This document shows, in pieces, positions 27,018 to 35,194 of a DNA stretch of 64,000 nt (its first letter is position 1; every line of letters begins with the position of its first letter). The notes beneath the pieces are model-generated. The model did not search any database, was not told the origin of the DNA, and saw only the letters and a list, made by a program, of their open reading frames with translations. Origin of the DNA: Clostridia bacterium (GTDB lineage: Bacteria > Bacillota > Clostridia > Christensenellales > Borkfalkiaceae); assembly GCA_017463105.1 (NCBI GenBank), contig JAFTPU010000013.1, positions 25,769 through 89,768 on the forward strand, read 5' to 3'. The position numbers were made by a program, and so were the translations under genes.

Positions 27018-28880
27018 ATGCGTATGTCGAAGCAGGAAGGGCAAAAGGCGGCGGAAGAACGACGATCGAGGCGAGTCAATAAGATCCCCGACGTGGAAGG
27101 TTTGTTTGCGGACGAAGGCAGAAAAGGCGTTTATAAGGACGGCTTTTTGAAAAAGCTGATGCGGCGGGATTGGCTAAAGCTGTTGGCTACTACGCTCATC
27201 TATCTGTTGCAGGCGTCGCCGATGTGGATAATGCCGCTCGTGACGAGCGACGTGATCGATCTGGTCACGTACCGCCCCGACGGTTACGGATTGCGGCTCG
27301 CGATCGACGGGATATTGCTCGCCGTTCTTATCGTACAGAACGTGCCGTCGACCACGTGGCGATCGAATATCCTGAACAGGTGGATACGTTCGACGACGGC
27401 AGAGATCAAAGGCGGCGTGATACGTAAACTGCAAAGACTGTCGATCACCTATCACAAAGAGATCGAGGAGGGCAGGATCCAATCGAAATTCCTGCGCGAT
27501 ATCGAAAGCGTGGAAGGCTATTTCCGTTGCTTTACCTTCTCTTTTATCCCCAGCCTCGTAGGCGCCGTGATCTCCGCGGCGATCGCGCTGTGGAGAAGCC
27601 CGTACGTCGCGCTGTTTTTCGTGGCGGTGATCCCGCTGAACGTGTTGCTCACAATGGCGTTCCGTAAACGTATTCGCAAGGACAACGCGATCTATCGGCA
27701 GGAAAATGAAAAATTATCCTCCAAGATCACCACCACCTTGCAGATGATGACGCTGACGAAAGCGCACGGACTTATCCCCACGGAGGAAGTCGCGGTGGAC
27801 GAACGTATCGAGGTGGCGAAACGCGCGGGGCTGCGGCTGGACAAAACGGTCGCGATATTCGGCTCGATGATGTGGGCGGCAAGCCAGCTTCTTTCGGCGG
27901 TGTGCTTGTTCTTTTGCGTGTTCCTTGCATTCGAAAAGGTGATCACCCCCGGCGAAGTAGTGCTGTTCCAATCGCTGTTTTCTTCGATCAGCTCGTCGAT
28001 ACTTTCCCTCGTCAATTCCTTCCCCACGTTGACCGCGGGTAAAGAGGCGGTGCGGTCGCTTTCCGAGATCGTTTGCGCCGAGGATATCGAAAAGGACGAC
28101 GGAAAATTGCCCGTGCCCGCGATCGAGGGCGAAGTGGAATTTCAACAGGTTTCCTATCACTATCCCAACGAAACGAAAGCCGTCGTGAAGGATTTCGATC
28201 TACACGTAAAAAAAGGCGAGCGTATCGCCGTGGTCGGCTCGTCGGGCTCGGGTAAAAGCACGGTGATGAATCTCCTCATCGGTCTGTTGTCGCCGACCGA
28301 GGGACGGATACTTATCGACGGCGTGCCCTTGTCGGAAATGCCCATGCAATCGTATCGCCGCTTTATTTCCGTCGTTCCGCAGAACAGTATTCTCTTTTCG
28401 GGCACGATACGGGAAAATATCACGTACGGACTTACCTCGTACAGCGAGGAAGCGCTGGCGCAAGCGGTGGAGGAAGCGGACGTCACCGAGTTCCTGCCGT
28501 CCTTGCCGCAGGGCTTGGATACGCCCGTGGGCGAGCACGGCGATAAATTGTCGGGTGGGCAGAAGCAACGTATTTCGATCGCCCGCGCTTTGATCCGCGA
28601 CCCGCGTATACTTATCCTCGACGAAGCGACGTCCGCACTCGATAACGTGGCGGAGTACCACGTACAAAAGGCGATCGAGCGGCTCGTGAAGGATCGGACT
28701 ACGTTCACCGTGGCACATAGACTTTCCACCATTCGCAACGCGGACAGGATCGTGGTGATGGAGGAGGGCAGAATGGTCGAAGTGGGCACGTACGAGGAGC
28801 TTATGGCGCTTGGCGGAAAGTTCAGCGAGCTGGAGCGGCTCAGCCGAATACGTGAAGAAGAAGCGAAAAACGCAGTATAA
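27018..28880 (+). CDS. ABC transporter, fused permease/ATPase (MsbA-type exporter half-transporter)
   Basis: 620 aa with an N-terminal 6-TM domain. It has Walker A GSSGSGKST, signature LSGGQKQR and Walker B ILILDEATS. Confidence 0.9.
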   Translation: MRMSKQEGQKAAEERRSRRVNKIPDVEGLFADEGRKGVYKDGFLKKLMRRDWLKLLATTLIYLLQASPMWIMPLVTSDVIDLVTYRPDGYGLRLAIDGILLAVLIVQNVPSTTWRSNILNRWIRSTTAEIKGGVIRKLQRLSITYHKEIEEGRIQSKFLRDIESVEGYFRCFTFSFIPSLVGAVISAAIALWRSPYVALFFVAVIPLNVLLTMAFRKRIRKDNAIYRQENEKLSSKITTTLQMMTLTKAHGLIPTEEVAVDERIEVAKRAGLRLDKTVAIFGSMMWAASQLLSAVCLFFCVFLAFEKVITPGEVVLFQSLFSSISSSILSLVNSFPTLTAGKEAVRSLSEIVCAEDIEKDDGKLPVPAIEGEVEFQQVSYHYPNETKAVVKDFDLHVKKGERIAVVGSSGSGKSTVMNLLIGLLSPTEGRILIDGVPLSEMPMQSYRRFISVVPQNSILFSGTIRENITYGLTSYSEEALAQAVEEADVTEFLPSLPQGLDTPVGEHGDKLSGGQKQRISIARALIRDPRILILDEATSALDNVAEYHVQKAIERLVKDRTTFTVAHRLSTIRNADRIVVMEEGRMVEVGTYEELMALGGKFSELERLSRIREEEAKNAV

Positions 28881-28883
28881 AAA

Positions 28884-28915
28884 AGAAAGCGAAGAATTTA
28901 CGTTCTTCGCTTTCT
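28884..28915. terminator. bidirectional intrinsic terminator
   Basis: AGAAAGCGAAGAA-TTTACG-TTCTTCGCTTTCT between convergent genes. Confidence 0.8.
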
Positions 28916-29599
28916 TTATCGTAATTTGTTTTTCGGGCAGACCTTGATGCAGATCCCGCAGACGCTGCCTCTGCCGATATCTTGAAAATGTTCTTTCATG
29001 TACTTCGAACATTTTTCGGGGTCGAAATTGCGTTCGCCGTCGACGGTGGGCTTTTCCCCAAAGATCGCGCCCGCGGGACAGGCGTTTTTACACGCCGTGC
29101 AATCCCCGCAACCGTTTTCGAGGAGGGGCAGTTCGCTTTCCACGGGCAGGTCTGTGAGCACCGTCGCAAGGCGCACCTTTCCGCCGTATTTTTCGGATAA
29201 GAACAGTCCGCTCTTTCCCACAAAACCCAGCCCCGCTTTTACTGCGACCGTCTTATGCGGCACCGCGCCGCGGTAGGGATTTTCCTTGCCGAGGCTTTGG
29301 CTGGCGGCGATCGGCAGGGCGGAAAATCCGTATTCTTCTATCCTGCGCGCAAGGCGAAAGGCGATCTGATCGAGAAGCGCGTTCGCCGTGCGGTAGTGCT
29401 GAAAATAGACGAAGGACGGCGCGTTATCGATCGTGGCAAGCACCGCGTCGGAGAGTTTCACGCCGATGGAAAGGGCGTGACGAAGGGTAGGTGCATACGC
29501 GCTCGGTGCGTTTTCGAACGCGCAGAAACCGACGATATCCGCGCCCAAAGTAAGGGCGTATTCTTTGAGTTCTTCTTGAAGTTTCGAAATTGGTTCCAT
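28916..29599 (-). CDS. 4Fe-4S dicluster protein, epoxyqueuosine-reductase (QueG)/reductive-dehalogenase-related
   Basis: It has two Cys clusters, CGDCTACKNACP and CGICIKVCP, and an N-terminal GADIVGF region like QueG-family proteins. It is shorter than canonical QueG. The start is taken at MEPISK. Confidence 0.6.
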   Translation of the reverse strand: MEPISKLQEELKEYALTLGADIVGFCAFENAPSAYAPTLRHALSIGVKLSDAVLATIDNAPSFVYFQHYRTANALLDQIAFRLARRIEEYGFSALPIAASQSLGKENPYRGAVPHKTVAVKAGLGFVGKSGLFLSEKYGGKVRLATVLTDLPVESELPLLENGCGDCTACKNACPAGAIFGEKPTVDGERNFDPEKCSKYMKEHFQDIGRGSVCGICIKVCPKNKLR

Positions 29600-29676
29600 G
29601 CGTATAGTATAACATAATCGTACGAAAAAAGCCAACGGTTCCGTGGGGGAGCGGTCGGCTTTTTTTATCGGTCACG

Positions 29677-30975
29677 TTATTTTTTTGCGTCGCCTGTGGC
29701 GGGGTTGTCGATCAGCTTTTTATCCTCCGTGAATCGCGAGCCGTGACAGGGGCAGTCCCACGAACGTTCCTGCGCGTTGTATTTGAGCGCGCAGCCCATG
29801 TGCGGGCAACGCGGCACGGTGGGCGTTATAAGATTGAGGATCGCCTTGCCCGCGTTTACGGCAAGCTGTTTTCTCAAGATCGTTCGCGAAGGGTAAAACA
29901 CCGAAGCGTACGGATTTTCTCTGTCCAACACCGCGTCGGTGAGGATATCCGCCGCGACCATCGAGGACGTCATGCCCCATTTGTTGAAGCCCGTCGCTAC
30001 GTAAAAATTCGGCGTGCGCTTCGAATATTGTCCGATATAGGGAACCTCGTCCAAAGTCATGCAGTCCTGCGTCGCCCAACGGGATACGGATTTCGCTTGC
30101 AGATAGTGCGCCTTTGCGAACGCCTCCAGCTCCCGCCAATTTCCGCCTTTCTCGCCCGTGCGATGATCGCCGCCGCCGAGAAACAGCAGGTTTTTATAGT
30201 TGCGGAAAGAAAGCCCCGCTTTCGCGTCGTCGACGTACATTCCGTTTATGTTCGGCGCATTTTCGAGAGCCAAAACGTAGGAACGGTGCTGATACATTTT
30301 CAAAAAATAAAAGCCGTGCTTGTTGATAAAGGGGAAGTGGGTCGCCACGATCGTCTTTTTCGCCGAGATCTTTCCGCCGCTCGTGATCGCCGCGTTCGGC
30401 GTTAATTCCAAAACTTTGGTCTTTTCGTAAATACGCAACCCGCGGGCGAGACCGTAGGCGAATTTCAAGGGGTGAAATTGCGCCTGTTTTTCGAATTTCA
30501 CCGCGCCCGATACGGAGATCGGCAAAGGAAGCTTTTCTACGAATTTTGCGGGAAAATGCAGATTTTCGAGCACTTCCAACTCCCGCTCGATCGCACGCGG
30601 AGATTCGGAGGAATATACGAAGGAATCTTTCTCTTCGAAATCGCAATCGATCGTTTCGCATAACGCGCGGTATTTTTCGATCGCCGCCTGATTGGCTTTT
30701 AAATACAGCTCCGTCTTTTCCCGTCCGAATTTTTTAAACAGTCTGTGATAGACCAAGCCGTGCTGGGCGGTTATTTTCGCCGTGGTATTTTTCGTGATTC
30801 CGTCGCAGATGCGCTCGGCTTCCACCAACGTATAGTCCACGCCCGCGGCTTGCAATGCGTGCGCGCAGAGTAAGCCAGCCATACCGCCGCCGATGATCAG
30901 CACGTCGGTTTTTATATCTTTTTCAAGAGAAGGGAAACGCGGCGGTTGCGCCGTTTCCGTCCATATCGAATTCAT
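29677..30975 (-). CDS. FAD-dependent oxidoreductase with C-terminal Rieske 2Fe-2S domain (YhfW-like)
   Basis: N-terminal dinucleotide fold DVLIIGGGMAGL. C-terminal Rieske motifs CPHMGC...CPCHGSRF. Confidence 0.85.
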   Translation of the reverse strand: MNSIWTETAQPPRFPSLEKDIKTDVLIIGGGMAGLLCAHALQAAGVDYTLVEAERICDGITKNTTAKITAQHGLVYHRLFKKFGREKTELYLKANQAAIEKYRALCETIDCDFEEKDSFVYSSESPRAIERELEVLENLHFPAKFVEKLPLPISVSGAVKFEKQAQFHPLKFAYGLARGLRIYEKTKVLELTPNAAITSGGKISAKKTIVATHFPFINKHGFYFLKMYQHRSYVLALENAPNINGMYVDDAKAGLSFRNYKNLLFLGGGDHRTGEKGGNWRELEAFAKAHYLQAKSVSRWATQDCMTLDEVPYIGQYSKRTPNFYVATGFNKWGMTSSMVAADILTDAVLDRENPYASVFYPSRTILRKQLAVNAGKAILNLITPTVPRCPHMGCALKYNAQERSWDCPCHGSRFTEDKKLIDNPATGDAKK

Positions 30976-31069
30976 TTTTTATACCTCTTCGCTTGCAGTA
31001 TGCGCAAACGGAAAGGGGATTATAACGAAAAAAGCGAAGCCGTTGCGGCTTCGCGGAATGTACGGATAC

Positions 31070-32086
31070 TTAAAGTAAATCGTCGAAAAGTCCGATATTC
31101 GAGGGTTGTGGCTTCAGCTCGCCCGCTTGCGCCTTTTTGATGATTTCGACGATACGGTCGTTGACGGGCGTGGGAACGCCGTATTTTTTGCCTTGCGCAC
31201 AGATCACGCCGTTGATCGCGTCGATCTCGCAGGGCTTTCCTTTTTTCAAATCCTGCAACATCGAGGGCTCGATGGCACGGTGCTTCTTCATCGCGATGGG
31301 GATCAGCATCGTGGCGATCGCGCGTTTGAACGCGGATTTGTAATAGAACAGCTTGGTAATATTTTTGCCTTGTACGGGGGCAAACGTTGCGCCCGCGGCG
31401 TGCCCTACGTCGATACACTCTTTCATGCAACGTATAGCCACTTTGCGCGCCCGTTTGTTTTCGGAAACGTCCCCGAAAGTCCCGCCGACCACCGTTCCCA
31501 AGCCCGAGAACGTAGCGTTGATAAGCAGCTTCGACCACCGCGCGCCGAGGAGATTTTCTTCCTCGTATACGGGACACATAAGCTCGAGCAGCTCCTTGAC
31601 CGTTTTAAATTGTTCGTCCGAAATGCCTTCCATTTTTCCCATATGGAAAGAGAGACTGTCGGGGGAGCTGGTGAGTACGCAAACGCCCGGTTCCTGCAAG
31701 GTCGCGCCCCATTCCACAACGCAGCCCATCGTGCGGTTCGTGCCGACGATCTCGGCGATCAAAGGTTCGGGCAAACCGTTTTGTAAGGTTACGATCACGC
31801 CGTCGTCGGCGAGATAGTCTTTAAGCTTTGTTACGACCTCCGCGTTATAGAGCTGTTTGGTCAGTAGAAGGATAACGTCGTATTTTCCCGTCATCTCCTC
31901 GGGAGCGAGCGCAACGACGGGGACGGTCAGATCCACCGTTCTGATAATACGCGCGCCTTTTTCTTTGAGCGCCGTTACGTGCGCCGCGTTGCGGTTGATC
32001 AGGTCGATCTTACCGCCGTTTTTGGTAATGTAAGCGCCGAGGACCGTACCGAGCGATCCCGCGCCGTAGATAGCGTATCTTTTCAT
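31070..32086 (-). CDS. 2-dehydropantoate 2-reductase family protein
   Basis: It starts MKRYAIYGAGSLGTVLGAY (Rossmann fold), with an ApbA/PanE family pattern throughout. I moved the start to ATG 32086. A TTGCAT-17-TATAAT promoter lies just upstream on the minus strand. Confidence 0.8.
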   Translation of the reverse strand: MKRYAIYGAGSLGTVLGAYITKNGGKIDLINRNAAHVTALKEKGARIIRTVDLTVPVVALAPEEMTGKYDVILLLTKQLYNAEVVTKLKDYLADDGVIVTLQNGLPEPLIAEIVGTNRTMGCVVEWGATLQEPGVCVLTSSPDSLSFHMGKMEGISDEQFKTVKELLELMCPVYEEENLLGARWSKLLINATFSGLGTVVGGTFGDVSENKRARKVAIRCMKECIDVGHAAGATFAPVQGKNITKLFYYKSAFKRAIATMLIPIAMKKHRAIEPSMLQDLKKGKPCEIDAINGVICAQGKKYGVPTPVNDRIVEIIKKAQAGELKPQPSNIGLFDDLL

Positions 32087-32392
32087 AAATTTACCCCATT
32101 TTCGGTTGATATAAAAATTATAACACGTTTTCGGGGAAAATGCAAGCCCTTGAGATTCCGATTTGCAAAGAGCGGACAAAACGGGGGATTTTGCAATGCG
32201 GAAAAAACAAGAACGGCGGAACGGTCTTTGTCGTTGGTTTGTTGCTCAAGATTTGTAAAGATAAAGCGTTTTGCTTCTGTAAAATGGAGCCTGTCCTCGC
32301 TTGCCGACCGTACGTATTTAATTTATCGCTTCGTTTCTCGCTCGTCGTGCCCCCGATAATGCGGAGAACCATGCTGACCTCATTCTTCTCCA

Positions 32393-32426
32393 AAGAAAAA
32401 AAGGACAGAGCGCAAATCTGTCCTTT
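32393..32426 (-). terminator. intrinsic terminator directly downstream of the orphan tRNA-Ser 3' half
   Basis: Minus strand: AGGACAGA-TTTGCGC-TCTGTCCT followed by TTTTTTT. Confidence 0.8.
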
Positions 32427-32431
32427 TTCTA

Positions 32432-32487
32432 TGGCGCAGGCGGAGGGATTCGAACCCCCGTGGGCTTTCACCCAAACGGTTTTCAAG
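32432..32487 (-). pseudogene. orphan 3' half of a tRNA-Ser(UGA) gene (anticodon loop to CCA)
   Basis: Minus strand: CTTGAAA ACCGT TTGGGTGAAAGCCCAC GGGGG TTCGAAT CCCTC CGCCTGC G CCA. Its acceptor 3' strand CGCCTGC pairs perfectly with GCAGGCG of the orphan 5' half at 33672-33713. Confidence 0.85.
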
Positions 32488-32550
32488 TTTTAACGCTTGG
32501 TTGTTATCCTTTGTTTTGCAATAGTTTGTAGTGGCATAAATTTTCAAAAA

Positions 32551-32593
32551 AGCAAGCAAATGACCGCGCATTTGCTTGCTTTTTCTTGTTTTT
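32551..32593 (+). terminator. orphan intrinsic terminator inside the element remnant
   Basis: AGCAAGCAAAT-GACCGCGC-ATTTGCTTGCT followed by TTTTCTTGTTTTT. No intact upstream gene is present. Confidence 0.6.
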
Positions 32594-32722
32594 GGTTGTT
32601 GTCGGGTGTTTTTCTTTGTCTTGCTTTGTTTTACATTTTTAGTGGAATTTTAACCGCTTTTTGTAGAGTTCTACAAATGCGATTTTAGGGCGTATTTCTA
32701 CAAATATTTTCGACACAGGTAT

Positions 32723-32950
32723 TTGATTATCTCGCACACGATTGACTCAAAAACGGCGAAAATAGCCCGAATATTCCAAGCAGGATATAGAAGCGCAGGC
32801 ATCGAGCATTACAAGCCAATCATGATGATTATGTCCGACGGTCAGCCCACCGAGGTAGAAAGCGTTGTTTATAACGCAGCACAGAGATGCTCTGACATGG
32901 TTAATACCGAGGGGTTGAAGGTTCTTCCTATCGGTATCGGAGATATGTAA
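32723..32950 (+). pseudogene. fragment of a von Willebrand factor A (vWA) domain protein
   Basis: The 75-aa ORF ends ...KPIMMIMSDGQPTE....LKVLPIGIGDM. This matches the C-terminal part of vWA/TerY-like domains, and the N-terminal MIDAS part is absent. Confidence 0.5.
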
Positions 32951-33186
32951 CAAACCACTTCGCTGTCTTACTGCGACAGCACGGACTCGACAAGATTCGA
33001 TTCCATGACCTGCGACACTCCTGTGCAACTCTCATGCTCTCCAACGGTGAGGACATGAAGAAAATCCAAGCATGGCTCGGACACAGCACGATAGTGATCA
33101 CGGCAGACACCTACGCTCACCTCGATGCACAGAGCAAGAGAGGAAGCGCATCCGTCATCGAAAACGCACTTGCAATCACCGCTTAA
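32950..33186 (+). pseudogene. C-terminal fragment of a tyrosine recombinase/integrase
   Basis: My frame-1 translation is ...LLRQHGLDKIRFHDLRHSCATLMLSNGEDMKKIQAWLGHSTIVITADTYAHL...*. It has the HxLRH, LGH and catalytic Tyr boxes but no N-terminal two-thirds. It ends 65 nt from the tRNA-Ser 3' end. Confidence 0.8.
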
Positions 33187-33250
33187 CGAGTCAAAAAATG
33201 ATACGCAGTAAGCAAAGAAAAAGCCTTGGAGCATTACGCTCCAAGGCAGG

Positions 33251-33341
33251 TGGCGGAGAGTGTGAGATTCGAACTCACGTGGGGTTTGATCCCCAAACGG
33301 TTTTCAAGACCGCCTCGTTATGACCGCTTCGATAACTCTCC
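33251..33341 (-). tRNA. tRNA-Ser (anticodon UGA), intact, class II long variable arm
   Basis: I folded it by hand. Acceptor GGAGAGT/ACTCTCC, D stem TCG/CGA, anticodon stem GCGGT/ACCGT with loop CTTGAAA. Variable arm GGGG-ATCAAA-CCCC, T arm GTGAG-TTCGAAT-CTCAC, and an encoded CCA. Confidence 0.9.
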
Positions 33342-33350
33342 ACATATGAA

Positions 33351-33379
33351 ATTATATCAAACACCTTGAAACAAGTCAA
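33351..33379 (-). promoter_or_regulatory. sigma-70-type promoter of the intact tRNA-Ser
   Basis: Minus strand: TTGACT, a 17-nt spacer, then TATAAT, ending 9 nt before the tRNA 5' end. Confidence 0.65.
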
Positions 33380-33490
33380 GGAAATTTGCGAGAAAACTGC
33401 GAGAAAGGCTTCTCGCAAAGTGCATCCGAGGATGCGAAAAACCCAATAAAATCAAGGGTTTTTGAGGGAATACATAAACAGAAGAAGGAA

Positions 33491-33532
33491 GTTTTCAAGA
33501 CCGCCTCGTTATGACCGCTTCGATAACGCTCC
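33491..33532 (-). pseudogene. orphan 5' half of tRNA-Ser (acceptor GGAGCGT to anticodon loop)
   Basis: GGAGCGTTATCGAAGCGGTCATAACGAGGCGGTCTTGAAAAC. Apart from one acceptor base it is identical to the 5' half of the intact gene. Unrelated sequence follows after the core. Confidence 0.8.
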
Positions 33533-33671
33533 GTAAATTATGAAATTGTAGAAAAATTTGTAGAAATTTTCGTTTTCAAAAAAGTTTGTAGAAACCGAAA
33601 ATCCCGTTTCGCCTTATATATAAAGGCGTTTGCAAGGATCGTCTGAATAATAGACCACTTGATTTGCGCTT

Positions 33672-33713
33672 GTTTTCAAGACCGCCTCGTTATGACCGCT
33701 TCGATACGCCTGC
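33672..33713 (-). pseudogene. orphan 5' half of the original host tRNA-Ser (acceptor GCAGGCG) with its promoter
   Basis: GCAGGCGTATCGAAGCGGTCATAACGAGGCGGTCTTGAAAAC. The acceptor strand is complementary to the orphan 3' half at 32432-32487. A perfect TTGACA-17-TATAAT promoter (33725-33753, minus strand) lies upstream. Confidence 0.8.
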
Positions 33714-33735
33714 TTGTCTACTATATTATAAAGCA

Positions 33736-33886
33736 CCAAAAGAAAATTGTCAATGATTTTTGCGCTAAAACAAAAATTCCCCTCCCCGAAAAATAGGGGA
33801 GGGAACGCGCCGTTTACTCGATATCCAATTCGGGCGGGACGTCGATCTCGTCGCGGATACGCGAAGCCACGATCTCGCTCGAGCCG
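33736..33886. repeat. left copy of a direct repeat: mosaic of the RHH-gene 3' end/terminator (= 47541-47656) and a 42-bp SPFH-gene segment (= 48211-48252)
   Basis: I aligned it by eye. 33736-33852 equals 47541-47656 except for one extra A in an A-run. 33845-33886 equals 48211-48252 with 1 mismatch. The two segments overlap in the 8-nt microhomology ATCTCGTC. Confidence 0.85.
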
Positions 33887-34047
33887 AGGGGAATATCCTT
33901 CGCTACGTACAACAGCGTGTATGCTTTCGGATTGCCGTTCTTGACCTTGATTCCGTCGAGATCAATGTTGTCTTTCCTGATGTGATGCTTTGAGGTGCTC
34001 CACAACCGAACATCTGCGGTGAAAAGTAAAGCACCGCCATTTTTCAC
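33814..34047 (-). pseudogene. chimeric remnant ORF (unknown N-part + SPFH-like [14 protein letters not shown] + RHH C-terminus DVPPELDIE)
   Basis: The C-terminal 26 residues are encoded by the mosaic repeat. It is unlikely to be a functional gene. Confidence 0.45.
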
Positions 34048-34114
34048 ATTGCCGTTTGTGTTCAGCTTATTGGCTGCCGTGGTGAAGATGTCTGATGGTT
34101 CTTGTTCTTGAATT

Positions 34115-34546
34115 TCATTTGGTTTGCTCCTTTTCTGTTTGTTTTTGCAATAAAAAAGTACTCACCGTTTTTTCAAACGATGAGCGCTTTAGAATAATCG
34201 TATAAATCTTCAAGGGCTTTTCTGCCTTCTTTACCTGTCGAATAATCGTTTCTTTCGGTTGCTCCGTCAAATTCGAGTGTGTGAGCGTATATACGCCGAC
34301 CTCGTATCCCCGATATACTTTATCGACTTGGGTCGGCAAGATCTTATCTTGGCGAACTTCTTTCCCTTTTACCGTCAGCTTGTCCCGTACTCCCCAAAGT
34401 CCAGAATTTAAATTAAAAGTTGCTTTCAGCCCGTACTTACTTAAAATATCTATTAAATGAATATCTTGTTCGACGCCGTCGTCGAAACTGAGAGTAGCGG
34501 CTTTTCTTTTCCTTTCCGCATAAACAGATTCCTCCCTCAAAGTCAA
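34115..34546 (-). pseudogene. polysaccharide deacetylase (NodB-domain) gene, apparently 3'-truncated
   Basis: The N-terminal NodB motifs are present (TLSFDDG, THSNL). The ORF ends after ~143 aa with a non-homologous tail, versus ~200+ aa expected. Confidence 0.5.
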
Positions 34547-34555
34547 GACATTGAA

Positions 34556-35194
34556 TTAAAAAAATTCTTCTTCCAGCATAGCGCAAAGGGCGTGATATAT
34601 GGGAAGATGCAGTTCCTGGATCTTAAAAGTTTCCGTTTCGGGAACGCGGATACACACGTCGGATAATTTGCCGAGCTTGCTTTTCTTTTCACCTGTAAAA
34701 GAAAGGACCTTCAACCTCTTCACTTTTGCAAGTATTGCCGCATAAACGCAATTTTTTGAGTTTCCCGAAGTGGAAAGACAGAGTAGAACGTCTTTTTTAT
34801 TGCCAAGCCCCAGAAGCTGTTGTGCAAACGTTACGGACGGTTCTTTGTCGTTGGCAAACGCCGTGGAAAGGGCGAGGTGTGAGGTTAAAGTCAAAGCGGG
34901 TAACGTGCCCTCTAAACATTCGCTCAATACCTTGCCTTCTTCGCCGTATTGCGACAGCTTGTTTACAGTCGTTTCGTCGAGAGGTCGTTTTTTACGGAAA
35001 CACTTCATCAGCTCGCCCACGATATGTTCGCTGTCCGCCGCACTGCCGCCGTTCCCGCAAATAAGCAATTTACCGCCGTCGGAATAACTAAGCTTGAGTA
35101 TTTCGAACGCGGCACGGATTTCCATTTTCAGGTCGGTTAGAACAGGGTATCTTTTAAAAAGGGTCTCGTAGATTTCTTTGGTTTCGTTTTTCAT
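34556..35194 (-). CDS. SIS-domain sugar-phosphate isomerase (GmhA-like)
   Basis: 212 aa with LICGNGGSAADSEH and STSGNS motifs typical of phosphoheptose-isomerase-type SIS domains. Confidence 0.8.
   Translation of the reverse strand: MKNETKEIYETLFKRYPVLTDLKMEIRAAFEILKLSYSDGGKLLICGNGGSAADSEHIVGELMKCFRKKRPLDETTVNKLSQYGEEGKVLSECLEGTLPALTLTSHLALSTAFANDKEPSVTFAQQLLGLGNKKDVLLCLSTSGNSKNCVYAAILAKVKRLKVLSFTGEKKSKLGKLSDVCIRVPETETFKIQELHLPIYHALCAMLEEEFF

Larger units (their letters stand above)
32488..33671. mobile_element. decayed integrative element remnant inserted in the tRNA-Ser anticodon loop
   Basis: It is bounded by the 9-nt core GTTTTCAAG (32479-32487 and 33672-33680). It contains an integrase C-terminal fragment, a vWA fragment, an intact tRNA-Ser, a further tRNA 5' half, and inverted subterminal TTTCTACAAA/TTTGTAGAAA repeats. 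Confidence 0.7.

Noticed and set aside
32118-32493. ORFs 32118-32486(-) and 32140-32493(+) in the panE-tRNA spacer. I also considered a tmRNA-like start (GGGGGCACGAC on the minus strand near 32350).
   Set aside because: Both ORFs run through the tRNA fragment and its terminator. The tmRNA idea fails because there is no tRNA-Ala-like acceptor/T-arm partner and no tag reading frame.
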